Source: Takakia lepidozioides (taxonomy: Eukaryota; Plantae; Bryophyta). From it: a stretch of 64,000 nt of DNA. Both the position numbers and the translations under genes were made by a program. Positions 12,511-23,817 of this stretch are shown one piece after another; position 1 is the stretch's first letter; each line of letters starts with the position of its first letter. The notes under the pieces are model-generated. The model saw only the letters and a list, made by a program, of their open reading frames with translations. It was not told where the DNA came from and ran no database searches. The stretch is taken from the NCBI GenBank assembly GCA_030704615.1, contig CM060732.1, positions 79,980,001 through 80,044,000 on the forward strand, in the 5' to 3' direction.

Positions 12511-15500
12511 CAGCTTGGCTCTGGCTGAGCAACGCAGAGTGCGGAGTACACTTCTCTCAATGGTCTCTCTGCCTACCGAGACGGTACAGGCAGTGAGTGG
12601 GGGCGAGCATGTGAGGACCACGGGGTGCATGCATCCATGGCACACGTGGGAGGTGCTCGAGGTTCAGAGGGAGTTGGCAGCCAATGCGGCTGTGATAGAT
12701 GAGGTTGGGGATTCTTCTCGGGATGAGGAGGTCCTCAATGATGAGATGATGGGGCAGGATGAGGTCTTGCCATTGACTGAGCAGGCAGGGAGTACTGCTC
12801 AAGAGGTTGCAGCATAGCAACCACGGGACGCGTCCTCTACCTCTAAGCCCACTAGACTTAAGGTTGTAGTTACGGAGGACAATTGGGAGCCTGACATTGG
12901 ACCCATTGTCACCGGAGGAGAGAGACGACGTATACGGCGGTTCCTGAGGGCTTACAGGAATTGCTTTGCCTTCAGTTTGAAGGACTTGGGAGCACTGAAG
13001 GGTCAAGAGATCCGTATTGAGTTGGCCACTGACACGCCAATCTTTCGGAGACCCTATAGATACAGTGACATGGAGAGGTCTTTGATTCAGATGAGGACTC
13101 AAGATCTCTGGGAGGCAGGTTTGGTGGAGCTCTCTGGTGGAGAGTATGCTTCAGCCACAGTGATGCCAGCCAAGAAGGATGTCTATGGCAATTGGACGGA
13201 GAGACGTATGTGCGGTGATTACCGGCCTGTAAATCGTCAGACCAAGTCCGATAAGTATGCCATGCCAACACCAGAGGAGATCTTTGATGCCATCGGGCAT
13301 GCTAAGGCCTTTAGCACTTTGGATTTACGATTCGGATATCACCAGTTGCCAATCAAGGAGGCGGACAAGCAAAAGACGGCATTCTGGGGGATCAATGAGC
13401 ACGGCAAGGATTGCCTATATTAGTGGCGGTTCTTACCATTTGGGCTTAAGAATGCTCCTGCAGAGTTTCAGAGAGTCATGGATAGGATTCTAGCAGGGGT
13501 GGACTTTGCTCGGTGCTATATAGATGATATCATCATCTTTAGTGTTACGATGGAGGAGCATGAGAGACACCTTCAGGTGGTATTGGAGCGCTTGAGAGCG
13601 CACGGATTGAAGTTGCATCCGGGGAAGTGCAAGTTTTTCCACAACCAGATTGACTATCTGGGTCACATGATATATCCTGGAGGATTGGGGGTACAGCAGA
13701 CTAAGGTAGAGGCCATTGCACAAATTCCACGCCCCAAGAATGTGAGCCGAGTTCGAGCTTTCATGGGGTTGGCAAACTATTATAGACGGTTTGTCAAGGG
13801 ATTTAGTACCATTGCAAAGGCTCTAACCAAACTGACCAAGGTGGACCAGGAGTGGCAGTGGGAAGATGAGCAGGAACGAGCTTTTCAAGAGCTCGAGGCG
13901 AGGTTGACCTCGGCGCCTATCTTGAGACGACCTATCAGGGGGCGTCCCTTTCAGCTGCATACAGATTGGAGCATGTTGGGGCTTGGAGCGGTGCTCACAC
14001 AGGTGGATGATGAGGGAAGAGAGTTCGTAGTGGCTTACGCTAGTCGCTTGAACAACGCTGCAGAGGCTAAGTACAGCTCATATGAGGGAGAGTGCTTAGC
14101 TGCAGTGTGGGCCGTGGCACACTTCAAGTGCTATCTATACGGCAATCTTTTCACCCTTGTCACGGATCACCAACCACTCAAGTGGTTGATGGAGTCAGAC
14201 AAGCTTACGGGGAAGCTTGCACGGTGGGCACTTATACTCCAGGAGTATGACTTTCAGGTTGTGCATCGACCGGGTTTGGTCAATCGGGATGCGGATGGAT
14301 TGAGTCGCAATCCATGCATGAGCCAGCAGGATGACACTGGAGCTCGGTGGCATGGTGAGACGGACGAGGAGATGGTGTCGGGATGGCACGCATCTGCATT
14401 TTTGTGTATCTTGGCATCGGGAGGTCAGATTGGACCTACAATAGGGATGACTGTAGACGGAGTGTCTGAGGACCCTGAGGCTAGTGATGAGCTAGATGGT
14501 GCCAGAGATATACATGAGGATTCGGCTCTGTTGGACTATCTCCGCACGGGAGACACGGCAGCCATTGTGACTGCCAGGGAGAGGGATCGGATCCTGCAAC
14601 GAACCAAGAGGTTCAAGTGGGAGGGGATACACCTACTTCGATTGTGGGAGGATGGTCGGGTGAGGATTGTGCCTCACCCCACACAGCGTGCACGGTTAGT
14701 GCGGCATGCCCATGAGGAGTTGGGGCATTTTGGAGTGCGACGCACTCACAGTTTACTGCAGGGGCAGTATTGGTGGCGTGGTATGCATACAGAGGTGCAA
14801 CAGTTCGTGGCTAGGTGCATGGTGTGTGACAGGGTGCGTGCTTCATTCAACGCCCCTACACCACAGTCGCATCCTTTACCAATCATGGGATTGGGCTACA
14901 GGTGGAGTCTTGACTTCGCAGGACCGTTGCCACTGACTATGCGCCACCACAGATATGTGTTGGTGATGGTGGAGCACTTCTCCAAGTGGATTGAGTTGGT
15001 TCCATTGCCTGACAAGGCTAGTGAGGGGGCTGCGTATGCATTATTGGATCGTGTGCTTAGCCGATTTGGTGCTCCAGCTGAGGTACTCACGGACCAAGGG
15101 AGAGAGTTCTTGGGGGAGTTTCAGGCTTTGTGTGATAAAGCCTTGATAGACCACCGCACCACTTCTCGGGATCATCCTGAGGCCGATGGCTTAGCAGAGA
15201 GAGTTGTTCAGACGGTGAAGAGGGGTTTGCGCAAGTATGGCTTGCAGAAGGGACACCTAAGAGATTGGGATCTTCAGGTTCCTTGGTTAGCCATGGGCTA
15301 CAGGTTCAGCAAACAAGCATCACTTGCCTCCTTCTCACCATATTTCCTTCTCTTTGGCCGAGAGCCGGATTTGCCTGCAGCCATTCGTAGGGACACTGCT
15401 CAAGTCCTTAACCTTTACGACCCGGACGTGTGGGTACGTGCATGTGATCAGCGTGCAGAGTTGTTCAAGAAAGTCATGCCCATGGCTTTTGAGAACCTTG

Positions 15501-15808
15501 CCATTGCACAGCACCGTGATACGTTGAGGTATGCCACTATACGTGGTGGAGGATATCGTCCTGGGGTTCGGAGGTTTAGCCCTGGTGACTATGTTTATTT
15601 GCAGCAGACTGCTCCTACGACTCTGGATGTTACTGCAGGGCGTGTTATTCTGAGGGTTCGAGAGGTGTTGCCCTCAGGGGTCCTGATCTTGGAGGGTCGG
15701 GATGGCATGACTTGGAAGGACCATGTGCGTAATTGTGCACCATGTCACCTTCCCAATGTCGATGGCAGAGTTGACCCAAACTTGGCAGTGGTACCTGCAG
15801 GTTTGAGG

Positions 15809-15943
15809 TGCATGCTCTGTGGGTCTGCCAAAGGGGCAGCCACCATGCTGGTGTGTGATCGATGCTCAAGGGGTTGGCATATGGGATGCTTGACACCACC
15901 TCTTGAGAAGGTTCCTGACGGAGATTGGTTGTGTCCACACTGC
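15809..15943 (+). other. PHD finger at the integrase C-terminus
   Basis: CMLC...MLVCDRCSRGWHMGCLTPPLEKVPDGDWLCPHC, a C4HC3 pattern. Confidence 0.93.
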
Positions 15944-16197
15944 TTGGGATAGTGGCAGTGGACATGACTGGAGGCAGCTAACAAGACATGGGAGGCCAAG
16001 CTCATAGGAGTCAATACATGAGATCCCAAGCTCAAGTTCACAGGTTGCAAGACGGCGACTAACGATGGGGCAACTCTTGCACCCGGCCTCTTGATCTATC
16101 GAGTTTGAGTGTAGTAGGGATAGTGGTGGAGGACTTAGTGAGGCTATGGTCACTATCACATCTTGTGGCTACCTGGACTTAGAGGGACCTAAGCACC

Positions 16198-16212
16198 AGC
16201 TAGGGGGGCGAT
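16198..16212 (+). promoter_or_regulatory. Polypurine tract
   Basis: agctaggggggcgat immediately before the TG of repeat B1 at 16213. Confidence 0.7.
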
Positions 16213-16720
16213 TGTGTAGACTAGTGACTGCCATAGTGGGTAGCATAGTGGCAGCCTAGTGACTGACTAGTTGTAGCCTAGTGGTTGGACTAGTGGCTAG
16301 ACTAGTAGTGGACTAGTGGTATACTAGTGTGTGGTGTGCACATGTGTTGTGTGGTTTTTGGACAGCGATGTAGTTGTGTAGCGATATGTATGCACACGAC
16401 AGCTGTCAAGTTATTTTACCACTAGTGTGAAACTAGCTAGGAAATAGCTAGCTTTTACATATTGACATTTGGGATTGGCCCAAGTGTCAATCCAGGGGTC
16501 AAGGCAGATTTAGGCCCTGGAGTGGTTATCTTCACGGCAAGCGCAGAAGGCTCATCTTTCTCGAGTTGAGCCTCACCGCGCCTAGCTATGGCGCCGTAGT
16601 GTGGATTCCCCATGGCGTGGGGTGCACTTGGCTTGACTTGTATTTGAGTGATGAGGTTATATATGCATGAGTTTATGCTTCAGATTTGTGAGCTTGTGCT
16701 TGTATCCTTCTTCTTTATCA
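16213..16720 (+). repeat. Complete 3' LTR (B1 + GC + A2), TG...CA, 508 bp
   Basis: Starts TGTG after the PPT and ends TATCA. The internal B/A junction is the palindrome GACAGCTGTC (16398-16407). Confidence 0.9.
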
Positions 16721-16721
16721 T

Positions 16722-16910
16722 TGTGTGGACTAGTGACTGCCATAGTGGGCAGGATAGTGGCAGCCTAGTGACTGACTAGTTGTAGCCTAGTGGTTGGACT
16801 AGTGGCTGGACTAGTGGTGGACTAGTGGTATACTAGTGTGTGGTGTGCACATGTGTTGTGTGGTTTTTGGACAGCGATGTAGTTGTGTAGCGATATGTAT
16901 GCGCACGACA
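16722..16910 (+). repeat. Terminal repeat B2 (displaced first 189 bp of the LTR)
   Basis: 189 bp, 6 mismatches to 16213-16401; rich in ACTAGT motifs; ends GACA. Confidence 0.95.
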
Positions 16911-17690
16911 CGCCAGAGGAAAGATCTGAACAATCTTGCACCAATGGACAAGCCAAAGCGCTTAGAAGATTGGCGCGGAGGAACGCTGCATCAAATAGCA
17001 AGAAAAGGCTTTGTGGCGATAGAAGTACCCAAGAAGAATCTGGAAAAGTCTTTGCTCAAATTATATCAAGGACTGAGGTAGATTCGATGTTGCATGTGCC
17101 TATTTTTACTCACGTAGGTGCAAAAATGGCAAATCAATATCTCAATGAAATCGGCAAACAGGTTGGGCCCAGTGAGATTTTGGAGACCTGTGACAGGAAT
17201 GGGATCACCCAAGCAGGTTACAATGCAATTTACAAGAAGTTTAAAGGTGGTGTAAAAGTTGCCTCCAAAGGGATGAGAGTAGGATGGCTGCTCAATCCAC
17301 ATTGAGTGTCGCGCAAGGAATTGAACTCCAAGCTTCAGGATTTCGTAGGTAAATACTACCATTTGAACAACAGCCTTGAAGTTCCTAAAAAAGTCAAGAA
17401 CGGTGAAAAGAATGAGGCTACTCGAGTGACACTATCCGAGCACAATTCTTTTTTCGCGGATGTGGAGCAGGTGCAGCGTACCATGGTCGAATTGTATGAC
17501 ATCACACTTGCCGGTAAGTCTTCTACATCGTGCACCTATAAATTATATGTTTTTAATCTTTAATTTTATATATTCTTAGTATTGATTGCTTGATTTTGAT
17601 TTTACATAATTGAAGGGGAGCCCTCTACAGTTTGTCTTGAAGCTTGATGAGGCAGAAATCATTCATGCCCAAAAGCTGGAAAGAGTGAGT
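16911..17690 (+). pseudogene. 3' continuation of the unknown gene interrupted by the Gypsy element
   Basis: RQRKDLNNLAP/NGQAKALRRLARR...EILETCDRNGITQAGYNAIYKKFK...FFADVEQVQRTMVELYDIT, then an AT-rich intron-like stretch, then SPLQFVLKLDEAEIIHAQKLERVSI. Contains stops and frameshifts. Confidence 0.55.
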
Positions 17691-17749
17691 ATTGTAGAAG
17701 TACACATGATCGCGCAGAAGCTCCTTGTGCGTTCGATTTCCACGGTAAG

Positions 17750-18170
17750 CCTCACCCACTTCGGCGTGCATCACATACAAAACGTCCATTTACACTCTTT
17801 GGATCAATCCAATCTTCAAACGTGGAAAGGTATAGGTCTGCAATAAAACCCCATCCTCATCATTTAGTTGTTCCACTGTGCACAATACAAGGTGAATCTG
17901 ATAGCAAATAATGTAAATTTATAAGGATCTTAGACAACTTACAATTGCAAGCGCCTCTGCCAAAAGTTGCATCTGGAGGCAAATCGAGTTGCCGTTGCAT
18001 GTAAGCATGTTGAACACAGCTTTTGGATACCACTGTGGATCCACCTTCGAAACGAAACTTCAGCACCTTCGCCTTGTACGCCCCCTCTGTTGTAGAAGTT
18101 CCGCCGTGCTTCAATGAATCTTTAGCATGATCGCCTCTTTTACCCGGCATCAATGCTACCCAAGCGGCAC
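17750..18170 (-). pseudogene. Possible BAH-like domain fragment (two exons)
   Basis: YKAKVLKFRFEGG...VQHAYMQRQL, then after an AT-rich intron-like gap LYLSTFEDWIDPKSVNG, resembling the BAH pattern (Y.A.I...; LFLS...D.I...SI.G). Confidence 0.3.
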
Positions 18171-18301
18171 TACTAGTGCCACGATGTAATATTTTTATGG
18201 GGGGCCGGGTAGGACCTTTGTAGTGCAACTACCACAAACGGGCAGATTTCAAGAAAACAAAACTCGCGGCCTTTCTAAGGGCTCACTTAGCTTCTAATGC
18301 G

Positions 18302-19505
18302 TAGCTCTCGTGAAGGCTCTAGCTCCAAGCAACAGGGGGTGAATACCTTTGGCACTTTTGCACTTTTGTCTTGCCGAAATTTTTCGTGATCGCCAGTCGA
18401 TGTCAGGATTAATGAAGTACAAACCAGGGAAGTCCAAAGATCACAGGATTCATTGGAGACTGGATTACATTGAAAACAATCTGTGATGCTTGATTTTTAA
18501 GCTTCACTTCAAGGGGTCGAGTTTCATGGTCAATATTTCTTGATGCTAATGGTCGTTCATCGATGACTTCAACAGGGGCCGAGAATTTCTTCTTTACGAG
18601 CGTTAAATTGTGTTGCTTCACAAAGTTTTTGTCAATAAAACACATTGAAGCGCCTTAGTCCAAAAGGAGATATCTCGATTTTGCATCCTGATCTTTATCT
18701 GGGGATGTGAAACAAGGTACAGAGTCTGGAGGTACAAATAGACCTTTTTTTGGTGAGAAATTTGGGTTGTCCAGCCGTATGGTCCCTACTGTGACTAGAC
18801 ATCTTCGTTTTCTGACCTCATCGTATCGAACACTTGAGTTGTGCCCCAAGCTTGAATCTTCTCTTATTGAAATAATTTAATGTTATGTGATCATCTTCTC
18901 CGCAATAAAGGCATAATCCATTCGAGCGTCATCTTTGTTTTTCTTGTGGCGTCAATGGCTTGAATCGGACAGCATCAATCTGCATATGATCATTACCGGA
19001 TGTCTGATGGATCGTTGTGTTTGGTGCCATAGTAGCAGCTGCATGGAGCGTCGTTGACCATCCAGATCGCTTCTCTTGACGTCTTTCGAACAAACGATTA
19101 TCATATGCAATGACTTGGGTGATGAATTCGCTCAGTGTACTCACGTTTGGCATTGTTAGCAACAAATCTTTTACATCCTCTTTTAGGCCACATCGAAATT
19201 GACTATCGAGGCTCTTCTCATTCCAGTCGAGGTCGCACACAAGTTGTCGAAATTCGGCAGCATAAACGGAAGCTGGATGTGCTCATTGTCAAATATTTCG
19301 TATCTTTATCTCTACAACTCTCTCTCTATCATTCTCTCCAAACGTTGCAGTGAACTCGGACATGAACGCTTCAAAATTGTATAGTAAATGCGAATTTTTC
19401 TCTAATAGCGGTGCAAACCAAAATATGGCAGTGCCTGATAGAAGGGTGCCAACGAATCCCACTTGAATACCTTCATCAGGGTAGCGTTGTGGATGTAGTC
19501 GTAAG
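18302..19505 (-). mobile_element. Truncated chromovirus (Tf1/Tcn1-like Gypsy) gag-protease fragment, antisense to the adjacent copy
   Basis: Reverse complement aligns by eye with ~20506-21718 (gag MQIDAVRFKPLT, CCHC knuckle, protease CFIDKNFV...PVIFGLPW). Confidence 0.85.
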
Positions 19506-20140
19506 TGTCACGGACATAGCCCAGAGGAACTTACCAGGAGTAAATACCAGAAGTTATCAAGTTACAATGTTACCGAAAGTTACCATGACTTACCGTGATT
19601 TATCATGATTTACCATGATTTATCATTACTTACCAAGTTACCGGGAGTTTACCAAACAAGAGTAACTTGGTAAACCACTCAGGAAGCTTCCTTTGGAGGA
19701 AACTTCTCCATCAAGATACCTCATTTGTTTAAGGAAGCTTCTCCATCAAGAAAGCTTTGTTTAATCTTGGAAACTTCTCCAGCAAACAACCTCCATAGGG
19801 GAAGCTTCTTAGTAACCAGTATATATAGGAGGCGAGACTGGACACTCTTCAGTCTCGCCAACACCAGTTCAAGTTACTCTTGTTTCCAGTTCCCAGTACT
19901 CCAATCCAGTTCCCAGTACCCTAGCTCAGTTTCCAGTATCTGGTACTCCAGTCCAGTTTCCAGCATTCTAGTATTCAAGTCGTGTTCCAATATCTTGTAC
20001 TCTTGTTCATTGTTATAAAGATCGTCTTGATTCTCATTTACTCATCGTGCATTCGGCCACACCGACCTTGACTTCTTGTCTAGCATTGTATCTCTAGTCT
20101 TATCTCTTGTTTGTGTTCAGTCATGTTCTCGTCCTTGACA
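19506..20140 (+). repeat. 5' LTR of a chromovirus element (635 bp)
   Basis: TGTCAC...TTGACA termini; TATA-like tatatata at ~19820; homologous to the reverse complement of 28652-29223. Confidence 0.9.
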
Positions 20141-20142
20141 AT

Positions 20143-20153
20143 TTGGCGAGACT
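20143..20153 (+). promoter_or_regulatory. Tf1-type self-priming PBS
   Basis: ttggcgagact is the reverse complement of agtctcgccaa (19851-19861), which lies ~25-30 nt downstream of the TATA box. Confidence 0.75.
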
Positions 20154-20178
20154 AAAGTTTGTCCCTTAGTTAGTTAAA

Positions 20179-22555
20179 ATGGAAGGCACATTTGCGGAAA
20201 TGGTCGCCACATTGCAGAGTCTTCAGCTCCAGCTGCAAGAACTTCGTGCCTCTACTGCCCAACTATAAACTGATCAGTCTCAAGACCTTGGCAATGCTCT
20301 CAACAATTTGCAACAACAAATTTCAGAGTTGAAGGAGTCGAATAATGAATCTTCAACCTTACGAGTCCCTACTACAACAAATCCTACTACAACGGTTCTT
20401 CCAAATCTTCAACAGATTACAAGGGAACCAAAGGTCAGCATGCCCGAGAAATTTGATGGGACGAGATCAAGATTTCGCGGTTTTGTTCAACAAGTACGAT
20501 TGTTCCTACGACTACATCCACAACGCTATTCTGATGAAGGTATTCAAGTGGGATTCGTGGGCACCCTTCTATCAGGCACTGCCCTATCTTGGTTTGCACC
20601 ACTATTAGAGAAAAATTTCGCATTTACTATACAATTTTAAAGCGTTCGTGTCCGAGTTCACTGCAACGTTTGGAGAGAATGATATAGAGAGAGTTGCAGA
20701 GACAAAGATGCGAAATCTTCGACAATGAGCACGTCCAGCTTCCATTTATGCTGCCGAATTTCGACAACTTGCGTGCGACCTTGACTGGAATGAGAAGAGC
20801 CTCATTAGTCGATTTCGATATGGCCTAAAAGATGATATTAAAGATTTGTTGCTGACAATGCCAAACGTGAGTACATTAAGCGAATTCATCACCCAAGTCA
20901 TTGCATGCGATAATCGTTTGTTCGAAAGTCGTCAAGAGAAGCGATCTGGATGGTCGACGTCGCACCATGCAGCTGCTACAACGGTACCAAACACAACGAT
21001 CCATCAGACATCCGGTAATGATCCTATGCAGATTGATGCTGTCCGATTTAAGCCATTGACGCCACATGAAAAACAAAGACAGCCCTCGAATGGATTATGT
21101 CTTTATTGCGGAGAAAATGATCACATGACATTAAACTGCCCCAACAAAAGAAGATTCAAAGCTCGGGGCACCACTCAAGTGTTCGATACGAGGAGGTCGG
21201 AAAACGAAGATGTCCAGTCACAGTAGGGACCATGCGGCTGGACACCCCAAATTTCTCACAAAAAAAATGTCTTTTTCTACCTCCAGACCCTGTATCTTGT
21301 TTCATAGTTCCAGTAAAGATCAGGATGCAAAATTGAGATATCTCCGTAGAAACACTTTTGGACTCGGGCGCTTCAGCGTGTTTTATTGACAAAGACTTGC
21401 GAAGCAACACAATATAACGCTCGTAAGAAAGAAATTCTCGGTCCCTGTTGAAGTTATCGATGGACGACCGTTAGCATCAGAAAATGTTGACCATGAAACT
21501 CGACCCCTTGAAGTGAAGCTTAAAAATCAAGCATCACAGATTGTTTTCAATGTTATCCAGTCTCCAACGAATCCTGTGATCCTTGGACTTCCCTGGTTTG
21601 TACTTCATAATCCTGACATCGACTAGCAATCACGAAAAATTTCGGCAAGACAAAAATGCAAAAGTATCAAAGGTATTCAACCCCTGTTTCTTGGAGCTAG
21701 AGCCTTCATGAGAGCTATAAAAAAGGAGGCAACATTTGCACTTTATGCGACCTCGATCAAGACCACAACAGACAAATGTACTTCAACATTACCCGCTCAA
21801 TATCAAGATTTCAAAGATGTCTTCGAGAAGAAAAATGCAGACATATTGCTTGAACATCGACCTTATGACTATGCAATTGAGTTACAAGAAGGAGCCCAAC
21901 CACCATTCGGCCCAATCTATAACTTATCCCAGACGGAGTTGGCTGCATTACGCGAATACATTGATGAAAATTTGTCAAAGCACTTCATCCGATATTCCAA
22001 ATCACCCGGCGGGGCGCCTATTTTGTTTATGAAAAAGAAGGACGGATCATTACGCATGTGTGTCGACTATCGCGGTCTCAACAAAGTCACAATCAAGAAT
22101 CATTATCTGTTGTCGCTGATTTCTGGGTTTTTCGACCAGCTGGGACGAACGAAATTTTTCATCAAAATCGACTTGAGATAAGCTTATAACCTTGTACGGA
22201 TAAAAGAAGGAGACGAATGAAAAACAACTTTTCGAACAAGGTATGGACATTTTGAATACAGTGTTATGCCTTTCGGTCTTACAAATGTTCCAGCAATTTT
22301 CCAAAATATGATGAATGACATCTTTCGAGAATTTTTAGATGACTTTGTAGTCATCTATTTGGACGACATTTTGATATTTTCACAGAACGAAGAAGAACAT
22401 GGCCGCCATGTACGCCTTGTCCTTGATAAATTAAGAGAAAAAAGACTATATGCCAAGTTGGAGAAATGTCTTTTCCATCAATCTGAGGTCGAATTTCTGG
22501 GCTACATTATTTCCAACAAAGGCGTTTTTATGGATCAGAAGAAAATACAAACCAT
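20179..22555 (+). pseudogene. Chromovirus gag-PR-RT, degraded and truncated by a CACTA insertion
   Basis: PEKFDGTRSRFRGF gag, LLDSGAS protease, [33 protein letters not shown]; multiple stops and frameshifts. Confidence 0.9.
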
Positions 22556-23817
22556 CACTACAAGATATGAGCATTTTTAGGACTACGGCTTTGGCGGAGT
22601 CATAAAAACTGCACTAGGTAGATGACTACAGAGCGCTGAAATGCGTTGCAGTCATAGTTTTATCACTACATAATGCCGGATATCACTACATGACTCCGGA
22701 AAGTTAGGAAGTTTTGGTCAAACATTGTTGATCACAATGACAGGGATGGTTTCTATGACTAGTGTGATATGTTTGACTACACGTGGACGACGTTTCATGG
22801 AATGTTATGACTCCATGACTGGAGATGGTTTCACGGCTCTAATTATACGACTACATCGCTACACGTGTCATTTCGAAGGCAAATACCCGAATGTATTCAT
22901 CCATTGGACGAGTTTGACATGACATGTAAACTTATGACTGTCTGACTGCAGATTGATTCATGACTATATATATATGACTACATCACTACACGTGGCATTT
23001 TAAAGGCATTTATATGACTTTATTAGTACACGTGTCATTTTGAAGACATATACATGAATGGATCCATCCATTGGATGAGCTCATCCATCCATGTTTGCCG
23101 AAATCCTATCAGCTTAGTACATGTGGTAGTTTCCTATTGGTTTGATATAGCTCAAGCATTTTGTAGTTACCGTAGAGCACTAAGTCGCATTCTTCATTGA
23201 GTTTGTAAAGTGAGAGTTTGCAGAGGATGCCATTTGGAATGTGGAATTTGCAGAGAGGGAATGTGCGACAGTATGGCTGAATGACGGGTCGTGTCTTCAA
23301 ATGCGATGATTGCAAGATAGCATGGTGATCATATCATAGGCGAGAACTGCATCTACTTGAAGAAATTTGGACGTTACCTTCATGGACATGTATGGAAGCA
23401 TCGACGATGCGAATTCGAAGGGAGAGTTCGATAGGATTTACAAAGGTTATCTGGTGTCAGATTGGTAAGTTATAATCGAAATGTTTAAATATCTACTGCC
23501 AAGTCTACATCTCTTCCATTAGCAGTTATAACCAATCACCATCATCAAGCTACAGGCCCGATGCGAAATCCCAATCGGAACCTGCATCTTCCTCCCCCTT
23601 TTTGTCCTTATTTCGCTGTCAAACCCTTCATTCTATGTGGAAGGCAAACCCCTCATGATCTTGATTTTGGGAATTCTTTTCCAATGCAATGCTGTTAGGA
23701 TATGGGTAGCATTGTCGTCATCACAGGTTGGCCGGTCAAATAATGGAAGATATTACAAAAGAAAGGTTGAAGCTGGCCGCCAGTATATGCGTTCTCTCTG
23801 CTGGCTTCACCAAGAAT

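Larger units (their letters stand above)
10940..15952 (+). pseudogene. Gypsy pol: protease remnant, DNMT, RT, RNase H, integrase, PHD; one reading frame with 4 premature stops
   Basis: All pieces share one frame. PR C-half (IQTSLGG...YDVLVG; catalytic DSG missing); RT (RMCGDYRPVN, LDLRFGYHQ, PFGLKNAP, YIDD); RNase H (LHTDWS, YEGECLA, TDHQPL); IN (HEELGH...CMVC, LDF, TDQG, GLAER). Stops at 11048, 11678, 12815 and 13421. Confidence 0.93.
5669..16910 (+). mobile_element. Ty3/Gypsy LTR retrotransposon encoding a C5 DNA methyltransferase and a PHD finger, with split (A-internal-B-A-B) terminal repeats
   Basis: Domain order gag-PR-DNMT-RT-RNaseH-IN-PHD. Ends TGTC...GACA. Flanks tgcc (5665-5668) and cgcc (16911-16914) fit a 4-bp TSD with one CpG transition. 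Repeats A1 5669-5985, B1 16213-16401, A2 16404-16720, B2 16722-16910. Confidence 0.93.

Noticed and set aside
16404-16910. Alternative parse with A2+B2 as a normal 3' LTR
   Set aside because: The PPT lies before B1 and the PBS directly after A1, so the replication-defined LTR is B+A. This parse would also need an unexplained extra B copy.
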